Assembly (NCBI GenBank): GCA_040400605.1
Contig: JBBAPZ010000002.1
Coordinates: 5,970-69,969 of the forward strand
DNA: 64,000 nt
Origin: Candidatus Sericytochromatia bacterium
Lineage (GTDB): Bacteria; Cyanobacteriota; Sericytochromatia; S15B-MN24; JAQBPE01
Direction: 5' to 3'
Shown here: in pieces, positions 19,019 through 27,771 of the stretch
How the letters are laid out: each line of letters opens with the position of its first letter
Numbering within the stretch: position 1 is the stretch's first letter
The notes under the pieces: generated by a model
Seen by the model: only the letters and a program-made list of their open reading frames with translations
Databases searched by the model: none
Told to the model about the DNA's origin: nothing
Made by a program: the position numbers and the translations under genes

Positions 19019-20086
19019 ATGCCTACCATCGGTAAAGGGATGATGTGGCTGTGTCTGCTTGCCAATGGATGCGCACTGCCGGGAATGGGCGCGGCTGCAG
19101 ACGTGGTGGTATTGCCGGTCGGTACACGTAAAATCCAAATGACCGGAAGCGATCGCACCGCCGACAATTGGAATGTGATCAAGGTCGGCAGTGGAGAAAG
19201 CCTGGCTTCTGTTGCGCCGACGGACCAGCAGGATGCAGTTGTCGCTGTACTGGATACAGGCGTGGATGGTGAACATCCGGATTTGAAAAGCCGAGTGGAA
19301 ACCTCCATCGATCTGATCGGTTCGGATACGTTTACGCTGCAAAATCGACATTACACGTATCGCGGGCGAGATGGCAATGGACACGGCACTCACGTTGCCA
19401 GTATCGTTCTGCGCGTCGCAGGCCCGTCACGTGTCCGCGTGTTGCCCATCAAGATTATCGGGCACGCGGGGACGGGACAGGATTCGATTCTCACAGACGG
19501 TATCGAGCGGGCCATTGCCTGGCGCGGCAGCCGTGGAGCCCGGGTGAGGGTTATCAACCTCAGCGTGGCGAGTCAAGCACCCTCTGAACGTTTGAAACGC
19601 GCCATCGACAAGGCCTGCAAAGCCAATATCCTGGTTGTGGTGGCGGCGGGAAATGACCGGGGGCCTGTTGATTTTCCGGCATCGCTTGATACGGTACTCA
19701 CCGTTGGCGCAACCACCTATCGGGATGAGTCGGCAGGCTACTCGTCGTTTGGCCCTTCTATTGATATCGCCGCACCCGGCGGGAATGGCGATTACCCCAT
19801 CGTTGCCGCTTGGCCCCTTTATCTGACCGCAACTGATTTGACTGACGGAATCAACCAAACGCATGCGACACAGGCTTTGGTGGGAACCTCGATGGCAGCC
19901 CCGCACGTGAGCGCCGCCGCCGCCACGCTCTGGTCGAATGCGCCGTATCTTGGCGCCTGGCAGGTCCGCGCGCGTTTGTTGGCAGCATCTGAGGACCTCG
20001 GCGCTCCTGGTTGGGATTCCCACTTCGGGTTTGGACGCCTAAACGTTTTAAACAGCCTGCGAGCCGTTACCCACGATGCGCACTGA
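19019..20086 (+). CDS. Secreted subtilisin-like serine peptidase (S8 family)
   Basis: Signal peptide. Catalytic triad motifs VAVLDTGVD (Asp), HGTHVASIV (His), GTSMAAPHVSAAAA (Ser). Confidence 0.9.
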   Translation: MPTIGKGMMWLCLLANGCALPGMGAAADVVVLPVGTRKIQMTGSDRTADNWNVIKVGSGESLASVAPTDQQDAVVAVLDTGVDGEHPDLKSRVETSIDLIGSDTFTLQNRHYTYRGRDGNGHGTHVASIVLRVAGPSRVRVLPIKIIGHAGTGQDSILTDGIERAIAWRGSRGARVRVINLSVASQAPSERLKRAIDKACKANILVVVAAGNDRGPVDFPASLDTVLTVGATTYRDESAGYSSFGPSIDIAAPGGNGDYPIVAAWPLYLTATDLTDGINQTHATQALVGTSMAAPHVSAAAATLWSNAPYLGAWQVRARLLAASEDLGAPGWDSHFGFGRLNVLNSLRAVTHDAH

Positions 20087-21008
20087 ATACGCAATCCCCA
20101 TTTTTTTTGCTGCCATTCACGCGTGGGCATGCACGGGTGATGTGACGATTCGTACCCAGTGGTTGAATGGTCAAGTGGTTGACCCAGCGGGTCGCGCGAT
20201 TCCCGGTGTCGTTCTTGGCAACGTCCTTGGCTCAACACTGACGGATGAAACCGGTCATTTCGTCATGCGCGGTGCAAATGTTGTCATGAATGTGCGCAAG
20301 CCAGGATTTGAACCGCATCTGATTACACACTACACACCCGGACGATCCCGCATCACCTTGACGCCGCGGCCGGAACGCAACCTGCGTATCGTTGTGGATA
20401 CGCGCGGCGGCGGTCGGACGACGACAAAACTCCAAGAAGCACTCAAGCAACGCGGGGCGATACTTGGCCCCTATCCCGAAACACCGCTTGCACGTTGTGA
20501 CGTGCTACTGCTCGCAACCCCTGGCCCGATGCAAACGTCCGAAAAAACACAACTTCTTCAATGGATCAAAAACGGGGGACGCTTGATCCTGCTCGGTGAG
20601 TGGGGCGGCTACCCATATCAGGATCTCGGTAGCCTGAATGCCTTGGCGCAACCGGCTGGCATCCGGTTTGACGGCTCCACTTTTAAAACACCGGATGATC
20701 AGTTGCTGACCCGAATCACGTTCCCTTCTCTTCAATCGAATGGCCCATTCAACCTGCCATTGTTTGCTGGCACGACACTGAGCGTGCAAGATCCTGCGCG
20801 TGCGTGGTTGGAGCCTGTCACAAACGGGTATCAGATTCTTGAGGCGTCTCCCGTGGTGTTAGGCGCGGTGGGTCCCCTCGGTCAAGGTAAGGTTTTTGGC
20901 GTTGGTGACAGCTCAAGTTGGCGTGACCAACTCACGACCGGTGAAGTTCTCACCGACACGCAACGGTTAGCCATTGCTGAGTTGACGTGGTCGATGGCCA
21001 ACTGGTAA
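20076..21008 (+). CDS. Hypothetical exported protein, CarboxypepD_reg-like N-domain plus GATase1-like/DUF4350-like C-domain
   Basis: NGQVVDPAGRAIPGVVLGN...TDETGHFVMRG, then DVLLLATPGP...WIKNGGRLILLGEWGG. Overlaps the S8 peptidase gene by 11 nt. Confidence 0.45.
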   Translation: MRTEYAIPIFFAAIHAWACTGDVTIRTQWLNGQVVDPAGRAIPGVVLGNVLGSTLTDETGHFVMRGANVVMNVRKPGFEPHLITHYTPGRSRITLTPRPERNLRIVVDTRGGGRTTTKLQEALKQRGAILGPYPETPLARCDVLLLATPGPMQTSEKTQLLQWIKNGGRLILLGEWGGYPYQDLGSLNALAQPAGIRFDGSTFKTPDDQLLTRITFPSLQSNGPFNLPLFAGTTLSVQDPARAWLEPVTNGYQILEASPVVLGAVGPLGQGKVFGVGDSSSWRDQLTTGEVLTDTQRLAIAELTWSMANW

Positions 21009-21071
21009 AACGTTCGCCGCCCTGTTTGATATCGGTCATCGGCATTGGTCCGTCGTGCGAGGTAAACCCAC

Positions 21072-23390
21072 TTGTCGATACGTTTTGATGCGCGACATGT
21101 CTTGATTGACGAACGGCCATCGTTGTTGCTCGGCGGTGAGTTCCAGTACTTTCGCATTGATCCCGCCTTGTGGCATGTCGGCTTGTCTCAGTTGAAGGCA
21201 GCCGGCGTGATGGCCATTTCAACCTATGTTCCCTGGGTTTGGCACGAGTGGCGCAAAGGGGTGTTTGATTTTACGGGCGCGAGTCACCCTTGTCGCGATC
21301 TGATCGGCTTTTTAAAGGTTTGCGCGGCACTGGAGCTTTCGGTTGTGATCAAGCCTGGTCCTTACATTTTTGCTGAGTATCAAGGGTTTGGTTTGCCTGG
21401 CTGGCTTGAATCGCATCATCCGGAGATTTTCATGAAGGTGCGTGCAAGCAAACCGCAGGTGTTTCCTCAACCGTCGCTGAATCATCCTGTTTTTTTGTCG
21501 TTGGTGCGGTCTTGGTTTGAGGCCGTGGCGTTGGTCATCGCGGATTCAGTTAAACGGTGTGAGGTGATCGCGATCCAGGTTGATAACGAAACAGGGTATC
21601 CCCAGTTCGGTCAGGGACCGCATCTGATGGATCACAATGACGCGACGCTGGCTTTGTTGCGGGAGAGTTTGGCGTTGCGCCATCCGTCAATCGATCACCT
21701 CAATTGGGAGTGGGGAACACAGTTTACGGATTTTGACTCGGTGGTTCCGCACGATGAGCAGCTATACAATGACGCGATGCTTGATGCGATGGCCCGGCAC
21801 GTCGAAGATTACATCAGTTTGTATTTGTCGCGTCTCAGAGACATTTGGCGTGAGATCGGGCTTGAGACCTTTTACTTTGCCAATGATATCTGGTTGGATT
21901 CGTGGCCGAGTCATTTGGGCAAGAAGAACCAGATTTTGCCTTTGGCTTTTGATATTTATCCGCGCTATTCCGAACTGGCTGTGACCTTGGATCAGCCGTT
22001 TTCCTGTTCGTATGTCCCAAAACTGTTTGAGGCCTTTTTAGAGCAAGGCCCGCTCATTTGTGCGGAGATGGGGTGCGGTTGGTTTGACCCTGCGTGTACC
22101 GTTTCGCCGCAGGCCACGTGGCAGGCGACCATGGCGGCTTATGCGCATGGGACGAGGGCTTGTTTTTTCTACATCGCCATGGACGGGCGTGATGCTGATG
22201 GTGATTATGTATTCAATTCGTTGATCGATCAGGCCGGACGTGCAACGCCTCGCCTTGAGGCAGCTCGTGCACTCGCTGGATTTTGCCAAAATTGGGGGCC
22301 ATACATGGCGGTAACGCGAGAAGTCGAATCATCAATTGCAATCCTGCATTACCCCGCACTGTCACGCGCAGTCTTGACAGCCCTGCTGGACCCGCTCAAA
22401 GCCTTGATGAAGGGAACGTCACAGGCCATCGATGAAGCGTTGACCATTGTCAGCGTGAATGCTGGCTTGTATGGTGCTTTAACAGAAAGTGGTTACAATC
22501 CGGCGGTGTTGAATCTGGAGAAAGCCACCGCTGAAGAACTGGCGAGTCGTCGCGTCATCCTGTTTAATTCGATTGGTATTGTGGACCCGGATTTGCAGGC
22601 AAAACTGACTGCTTATGTGGAACAGGGGGGTATCTTGATCACGTTGGGGACGCCCCTGTCGAATGACACAGGATTGTTTCCCGTGCCGCTGCAGTCCGTG
22701 CTCAATCCTCAGGTGGGCCAGGTCCTGGTTCGCACCGCACTTGACTACGTCAAATTCTTTTGGCGACTGATGTGGCGTGTTCCCCACCGGTTTTGCGCCT
22801 ACACCCTGAAAGGGATGTATCCCGCCATGTTGCTCAATCGCCATGCGGCGCGTGCCGGTGCCTGGATCCGCTCAAGCATGGATAAAAGTCGTGTGTGGGC
22901 GTCTCGTCTGATCAGCCTCACGGCGATGCCGCCTGACGGGCGATCGCTGTTGGAACAAGGCAAACAGTGCGCAGCCTATCGGGTCACGTTTGGCCGTGGT
23001 GCCAGTGTTTTCATTGGAACCTTGCTGGGTGCAGGTTTTGATTCTCCCGGTTATTACCTGGATGATCCCGAACGGCGTGCCTCGGTGGCAGCGTTTTTGG
23101 GTGGATTATTGCAGGAAGCGGGCATTGGACCCCTGTTTCCCCCGATTGCGGATGTTGAGATTGTGGTTCGCGAAGGGCCTGGTTTACGCCTGGTGATTTT
23201 TATCAATCGTGGATCCTTCAAAACCATTCGGGTGCCGCAGGTGGCTGATATGCTGTCGTGGGCCCTGCAGGAGCAATTCAGCGCGTATGGTTCGAGCTGT
23301 CAGACAGAGGCGTCTCATATGACGTGCACGCTGGCCACGGATGATGTCTTGTGTACACGCTGGGAACCTGACCAGGGCCTTGCGACATGA
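21072..23390 (+). CDS. Glycoside hydrolase family 35-like beta-galactosidase
   Basis: 772 aa with a TTG start. GGEFQYFRI, STYVPWVWHE, IKPGPYIFAEYQGFGLPGWL, acid/base QVDNETG, nucleophile-region CAEMGCGWFD. Confidence 0.8.
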   Translation: MSIRFDARHVLIDERPSLLLGGEFQYFRIDPALWHVGLSQLKAAGVMAISTYVPWVWHEWRKGVFDFTGASHPCRDLIGFLKVCAALELSVVIKPGPYIFAEYQGFGLPGWLESHHPEIFMKVRASKPQVFPQPSLNHPVFLSLVRSWFEAVALVIADSVKRCEVIAIQVDNETGYPQFGQGPHLMDHNDATLALLRESLALRHPSIDHLNWEWGTQFTDFDSVVPHDEQLYNDAMLDAMARHVEDYISLYLSRLRDIWREIGLETFYFANDIWLDSWPSHLGKKNQILPLAFDIYPRYSELAVTLDQPFSCSYVPKLFEAFLEQGPLICAEMGCGWFDPACTVSPQATWQATMAAYAHGTRACFFYIAMDGRDADGDYVFNSLIDQAGRATPRLEAARALAGFCQNWGPYMAVTREVESSIAILHYPALSRAVLTALLDPLKALMKGTSQAIDEALTIVSVNAGLYGALTESGYNPAVLNLEKATAEELASRRVILFNSIGIVDPDLQAKLTAYVEQGGILITLGTPLSNDTGLFPVPLQSVLNPQVGQVLVRTALDYVKFFWRLMWRVPHRFCAYTLKGMYPAMLLNRHAARAGAWIRSSMDKSRVWASRLISLTAMPPDGRSLLEQGKQCAAYRVTFGRGASVFIGTLLGAGFDSPGYYLDDPERRASVAAFLGGLLQEAGIGPLFPPIADVEIVVREGPGLRLVIFINRGSFKTIRVPQVADMLSWALQEQFSAYGSSCQTEASHMTCTLATDDVLCTRWEPDQGLAT

Positions 23391-24499
23391 TTCATCACTA
23401 CCGTCGTTTTGAGGCGCGTTGGGCGCTTGATTGGGGTGTCTCAACCGTTCGACTGACGCTCCTCACAGCCGGTTTGGCGGTCTCGGGTGGCATGGTCCAG
23501 TTTGCGACGCCTTGGATGGAATGGTCATTAAAACTCGGCATTGGCTGGTTTGCGGCGTTGGTCCTTTGCGCGTTGGTGCTGCTCACCGTGTTGCTCCTGC
23601 GTTGGCCGTTGACCCGTGAGTCTGCCGTTGCTGTCGTGGTGACGGGCGGCGTATTGGGGATTGCTTCTGTGGGCTTGGATGCCAAAATTCGGTACAGCGA
23701 TGGATTGGATGGCCACGTTGCCTATCGCTTGCCGCATCGACCCGTGAGCGACCATGCGGGCATCTGGCATAAGCAGTCGTTTCAATCGGTTCGATTGTCA
23801 ACCAGCGATGGGGTGAGTTTAAAGGCCACTTATTGGTCACGTCACAAGCGTCGTGCCATCATTTATTACCCTGGTTGGCACACCCACAGACAGGCCTTTG
23901 TCGTCGTGACGATGGCATCGTGGTTGAGCAAGGAGTGGGATGTGTTGGTCCTTGACCCAAGGGGCCAAGGCGAGAGCTTGGGTGTTAAGTCACCATCCGG
24001 TGATGATGCCGAGGATATTCTGGCGGCTATCCGTTTTTTACGGGGTAACGGTTGCCAACGGATCGGTGTCCTGGCTGAACAGGATGGCGCGATGCCCGCC
24101 TTGCTTGCCGCCTCACGGCATCAGGGCATTCATTCCTTGGCGCTCCTTGCTCCGACGACCACGTGGGGTGAGGGGTTGATGATGGATGGAACCACCTGGC
24201 GTCCGTCTACCATGGCCGGTCGTTTATACTGGCGTACCCGCGCGGGCCTGCGATTGGCAAGCACTCGTACGGGCAATCTGGATCATCAAGCGATTCTGAA
24301 ACGGGTCGCACCGACACCCATACTGTTCTGTGGCTCACGTGCGGCAACCCAAGCGTCCGTGGTCAGCTTGTATCACGTGGCGAGTGAGCCCAAGAGTGCG
24401 GTGCTGTTGGGAGAAGCGGGCATTCCCTGCTCATGGGACGAAGTCGCAAACTACCACAAAACCGTCACCGAATGGTTCAAACTTACCCTTCGCGCGTGA
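23387..24499 (+). CDS. Membrane-anchored alpha/beta-hydrolase-fold protein, nucleophile motif apparently degenerate
   Basis: Three to four N-terminal TM helices. IIYYPGWHTH...LDPRGQGES resembles the hydrolase core, but AEQDG sits where the GxSxG elbow is expected. ATGA overlap with the GH35 gene. Confidence 0.5.
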   Translation: MIHHYRRFEARWALDWGVSTVRLTLLTAGLAVSGGMVQFATPWMEWSLKLGIGWFAALVLCALVLLTVLLLRWPLTRESAVAVVVTGGVLGIASVGLDAKIRYSDGLDGHVAYRLPHRPVSDHAGIWHKQSFQSVRLSTSDGVSLKATYWSRHKRRAIIYYPGWHTHRQAFVVVTMASWLSKEWDVLVLDPRGQGESLGVKSPSGDDAEDILAAIRFLRGNGCQRIGVLAEQDGAMPALLAASRHQGIHSLALLAPTTTWGEGLMMDGTTWRPSTMAGRLYWRTRAGLRLASTRTGNLDHQAILKRVAPTPILFCGSRAATQASVVSLYHVASEPKSAVLLGEAGIPCSWDEVANYHKTVTEWFKLTLRA

Positions 24500-24521
24500 G
24501 TGGAACGACTGGATGCCCGTT

Positions 24522-25484
24522 CTAACGCGGGTTCAGCAACTCAAGGATGCGCTGGGGTCTGCTGTTGGCTTGGGCCAGCATGGCTTGCGCTGCTTGCTCG
24601 ACAACTTGTGCGGTACTGAGTTTTGTCAGTTCAAATGCCACATCCGTGTCCCGCATCTTGGATTCGAAATCGGCCATTTGATTGGTGAAGGTTTCTGTTT
24701 GATTCAGGCGCAGGTCAATGCGGTTGGCGATCGCACCAATATAGGATACGGCACGTTGCAGGCTGTCCTGCACAGTGTCGACGGCATCAAGGGCCCGTCC
24801 GATGTCCGCTCTGTCGCCTGAGTTCACTTTCAGCCGCTGCGGAAAGGCTTGCGCAAAGCTCGTACCGGTACTGTGGGGGTCAGAGGGCTTAGGAGGCGGT
24901 GAACCGAATTTTGCCTCCAACGCCGGTCGAAAGGCTGGATCGTTGTAGACGGATTCATAGCCGTAAAAGCTGACGATCGCCTCACCAAATGCGGTAGCAA
25001 GTCCGTTGAAGTCGGCTGAAACGAGATCGCCCGGATTGCCGCTCACCTGAAAATGCAAGACGCGATCCGATGGATTGGGTGCATCAAGTGGAATGCGAAA
25101 GTCCCGCGCATCAAAAAAGTTTGCCTTCAACTGTTCCCGCAATTGTTCCAATTCGACTTGAATGTCGTTGCGGTTGTCATCATTGCGATCGCCATTGCCC
25201 GCGCTCAAAACCAGCTCCCGCATTTTGTTCAAGGCCGGAAAGAGATCGGCCACGTTCTCCTGTGCAAAGTTGAGTATCGACATGCTTTGCTGAATGTTGA
25301 CCTGTGCCTGACGACCCCCTTCAACCTGGGCACGCAACGCATCCGCCAGGAACAGGTCTGTCGGTCCGTCAGCCGAACTGTTAAGACGCACGCCCGAGGC
25401 AATCTTTGCTTGCGAACGGTCAACGGCCGCTGAATGCCGAGCCAGACGGGTTGCAAAAAACGAGCCAAGATCTAAAGACAGCAT
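24522..25484 (-). CDS. fliC: Flagellin
   Basis: ATG at 25484 with GGGAGGG 6 nt upstream. N-domain SGVRLNSSADGPTD...NIQQSMSILNFAQ. C-terminal LSTAQVVEQAAQAMLAQANSRPQRILELL is a typical flagellin D0 helix. Confidence 0.8.
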   Translation of the reverse strand: MLSLDLGSFFATRLARHSAAVDRSQAKIASGVRLNSSADGPTDLFLADALRAQVEGGRQAQVNIQQSMSILNFAQENVADLFPALNKMRELVLSAGNGDRNDDNRNDIQVELEQLREQLKANFFDARDFRIPLDAPNPSDRVLHFQVSGNPGDLVSADFNGLATAFGEAIVSFYGYESVYNDPAFRPALEAKFGSPPPKPSDPHSTGTSFAQAFPQRLKVNSGDRADIGRALDAVDTVQDSLQRAVSYIGAIANRIDLRLNQTETFTNQMADFESKMRDTDVAFELTKLSTAQVVEQAAQAMLAQANSRPQRILELLNPR

Positions 25485-25504
25485 GAACGTCCCTCCCGTT
25501 ACTT

Positions 25505-25532
25505 GTATCGACACCTTGCTTCCAAAACTTGA
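25505..25532 (-). promoter_or_regulatory. Candidate sigma-28 (FliA) promoter for flagellin
   Basis: Minus strand reads TCAAGTTT-N12-GTCGATAC, compared with the enteric consensus TAAAGTTT-N11-GCCGATAA. It ends 20 nt upstream of the flagellin ATG. Confidence 0.4.
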
Positions 25533-25564
25533 ATGCTGCAGGATGCGATGTACTCAAAAGGGGG

Positions 25565-27685
25565 TCAAGAAGCGGCTACCACGGACATGTTGACGTGGCC
25601 AACGGTCTGCACCCGGAAGCGCGGATGGACTTCGCTGTATGAAATGACCACCAAGGTCGGAATGGCGCGTTCCATCAAGGGTTTTAGATGTGGCCGGACC
25701 ACCGGGTCACACAGCACCGCTGCGGTGCGTCCCTGTTCGGCCGCATTTTGGTATTCGCTGGAGATGCGATCCACCAACATGTTGCGAATTTGTTGATTCA
25801 AAGCCAGTTGCTGTCCCGTGGGTCCCTGAACGATGGCATCCTTGATCGACTGTTCCGCCCGGCCATCCAAGGTAATCACGAAAAGAACACCATTGTCGTC
25901 GGCCAGGCTGGCACAGATTTGCCGCGCCATCGTCGCCCGCACCAGTTCGGTGAGGATGAACGTATCTTTGACCATTTTGGAAAAATCGGACAGTTTCTCC
26001 AGAATGGTTGCGAGATCGCGGATACTGACCCGTTCGCGCAACAAGTTTTGCAAAACCCGTTGGACTTCACCCAGTTCCAGCTTGTCCGGGACCAGTTCCT
26101 TGACGGTCGTGGGCGCTTTTTCGCGTACCTTGTTCAGCATAATCTGCACTTCTTCACGTGACAATATCTCAAAGGCGTGTGCACGAACCACCTCATCCAT
26201 GTGGGCGATCAACACATTTGTGGGGTCTTGAACCAAATAACCCAACTGGCTCGCACGATGGGCCTCCGCACCCGCTACCCAGACCGCCGGTTTGCCAAAT
26301 GCGGGCTCGGTTGTCGGAAAGCCCACCAATTCCTCGGAAGTATCCGTGATGTGCTGTTGGATTGCCAACATGTAACCCACCAACAACTCGCCCGTCGCGA
26401 CAATGTTCTGTTTGACCATAATGCTGTAGGTGTTGGGGCGCAGGTTTAAATTGTCTTTGAACTGAATACCCGGCATGATAAAGCCCATTTCCATCGCGAT
26501 GTTTACCCGCATGGGGACCACGCGGTCCATCAATTCACCACCGAGCGCCGGATCCACCAACGGTACCAGGTCAAGCCCCAATTCCAGGGTTAAAGGCGGG
26601 ACACCAATCATCTTCATGACGGTTTCCGGATTTTTCAAGTCCTCTTCCGGCTCCGCATCCGGCGCATAAGGCGCACCCCCGTCACCCATATCCGGAAAGA
26701 CGCCATCGGGCCCTGCCGGTCCCACCAGACTGCTGCGATACGTCATAAAAGCGGCAATGCCCACCACAAACGACAACACGAAAAACACCCAATAAGGCGG
26801 CAGAAAGAATCCGAACAATGCCAGGATTCCCGCAGCGATTCCCAATACTTTAGGCGATGTGAACAATTGACTCTTCAAGTCCATCGCCAGGTTAAAGTCC
26901 GAGGTGGCGCGCGTCGCTACGAAACCGGCGGCCAACGAGATGAGAAGTGATGGAACCATTGTGACAAGGCCGTCCCCGACCGTCAAAATGGTGTAAGTTT
27001 CCAGTGCCTGGGGGACTTCCATGTCTTTCATCAGCATTCCAACCAGGAAGCCGCCGATGATGTTCACCACCATGATCACAATGCCCATAATGGCATCGCC
27101 CTTGACGAACTTGTTGGCACCGTCCATTGAACCAAAAAAGTTGGCTTCTCGTTCTACGTCTTTGCGACGTTTTTTGGCATCCTCCAGTGTGCACATGCCT
27201 TGCGCCAGTTCGCCGTCAATGGCCATTTGTTTCGCGGGCATCGCATCGAGCGTAAAACGGGCGGCCACTTCGGCGACACGTTTGGCACCCTCGGTGACCA
27301 CGATGAACTGCATCAGGATGAGAATGAGGAAGACCAGGATACCGACCAGATAGTTGCCCCCGATGACCTTTTCGGCAAAGGCGTGAATCACTTCCCCTGC
27401 TTCAGCGTGTAGCAAAATGGCCTTTGCGGTCGCGACGTTGATGCTGAGTCGAAACAGGGTCAAGATGAGCAGGAGTGAAGGGAACGACGCAAAGTCGAGT
27501 GGTCGGATGATGTAAAGGGAAACGACCACGGTGATCAACGACATTGTCAGATTTGCGATGATCAAAATGTCGAGCAGCCAGGTGGGAACCGGCAAAATGA
27601 GAATACCGAGCACTGCGACCACCACCGCGGCCAGCGCCAGGTCGAAAGACAACTTGCTCGTCTGCGCAGTGCCGGCCATCGCCAC
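25565..27685 (-). CDS. flhA: Flagellar type III export gate protein FlhA
   Basis: 706 aa. Eight-TM N-domain containing the FHIPEP-type motif FTLDAMPAKQMAIDGEL. Large cytoplasmic C-domain. Confidence 0.95.
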   Translation of the reverse strand: MAMAGTAQTSKLSFDLALAAVVVAVLGILILPVPTWLLDILIIANLTMSLITVVVSLYIIRPLDFASFPSLLLILTLFRLSINVATAKAILLHAEAGEVIHAFAEKVIGGNYLVGILVFLILILMQFIVVTEGAKRVAEVAARFTLDAMPAKQMAIDGELAQGMCTLEDAKKRRKDVEREANFFGSMDGANKFVKGDAIMGIVIMVVNIIGGFLVGMLMKDMEVPQALETYTILTVGDGLVTMVPSLLISLAAGFVATRATSDFNLAMDLKSQLFTSPKVLGIAAGILALFGFFLPPYWVFFVLSFVVGIAAFMTYRSSLVGPAGPDGVFPDMGDGGAPYAPDAEPEEDLKNPETVMKMIGVPPLTLELGLDLVPLVDPALGGELMDRVVPMRVNIAMEMGFIMPGIQFKDNLNLRPNTYSIMVKQNIVATGELLVGYMLAIQQHITDTSEELVGFPTTEPAFGKPAVWVAGAEAHRASQLGYLVQDPTNVLIAHMDEVVRAHAFEILSREEVQIMLNKVREKAPTTVKELVPDKLELGEVQRVLQNLLRERVSIRDLATILEKLSDFSKMVKDTFILTELVRATMARQICASLADDNGVLFVITLDGRAEQSIKDAIVQGPTGQQLALNQQIRNMLVDRISSEYQNAAEQGRTAAVLCDPVVRPHLKPLMERAIPTLVVISYSEVHPRFRVQTVGHVNMSVVAAS

Positions 27686-27771
27686 GGGTTCGGTTACCTC
27701 ACGCCCTTATCTGATTGGTGATCACCCACGCCCATCATAACGATTGAAGCACCGGATGGGCAAGACTTGGC

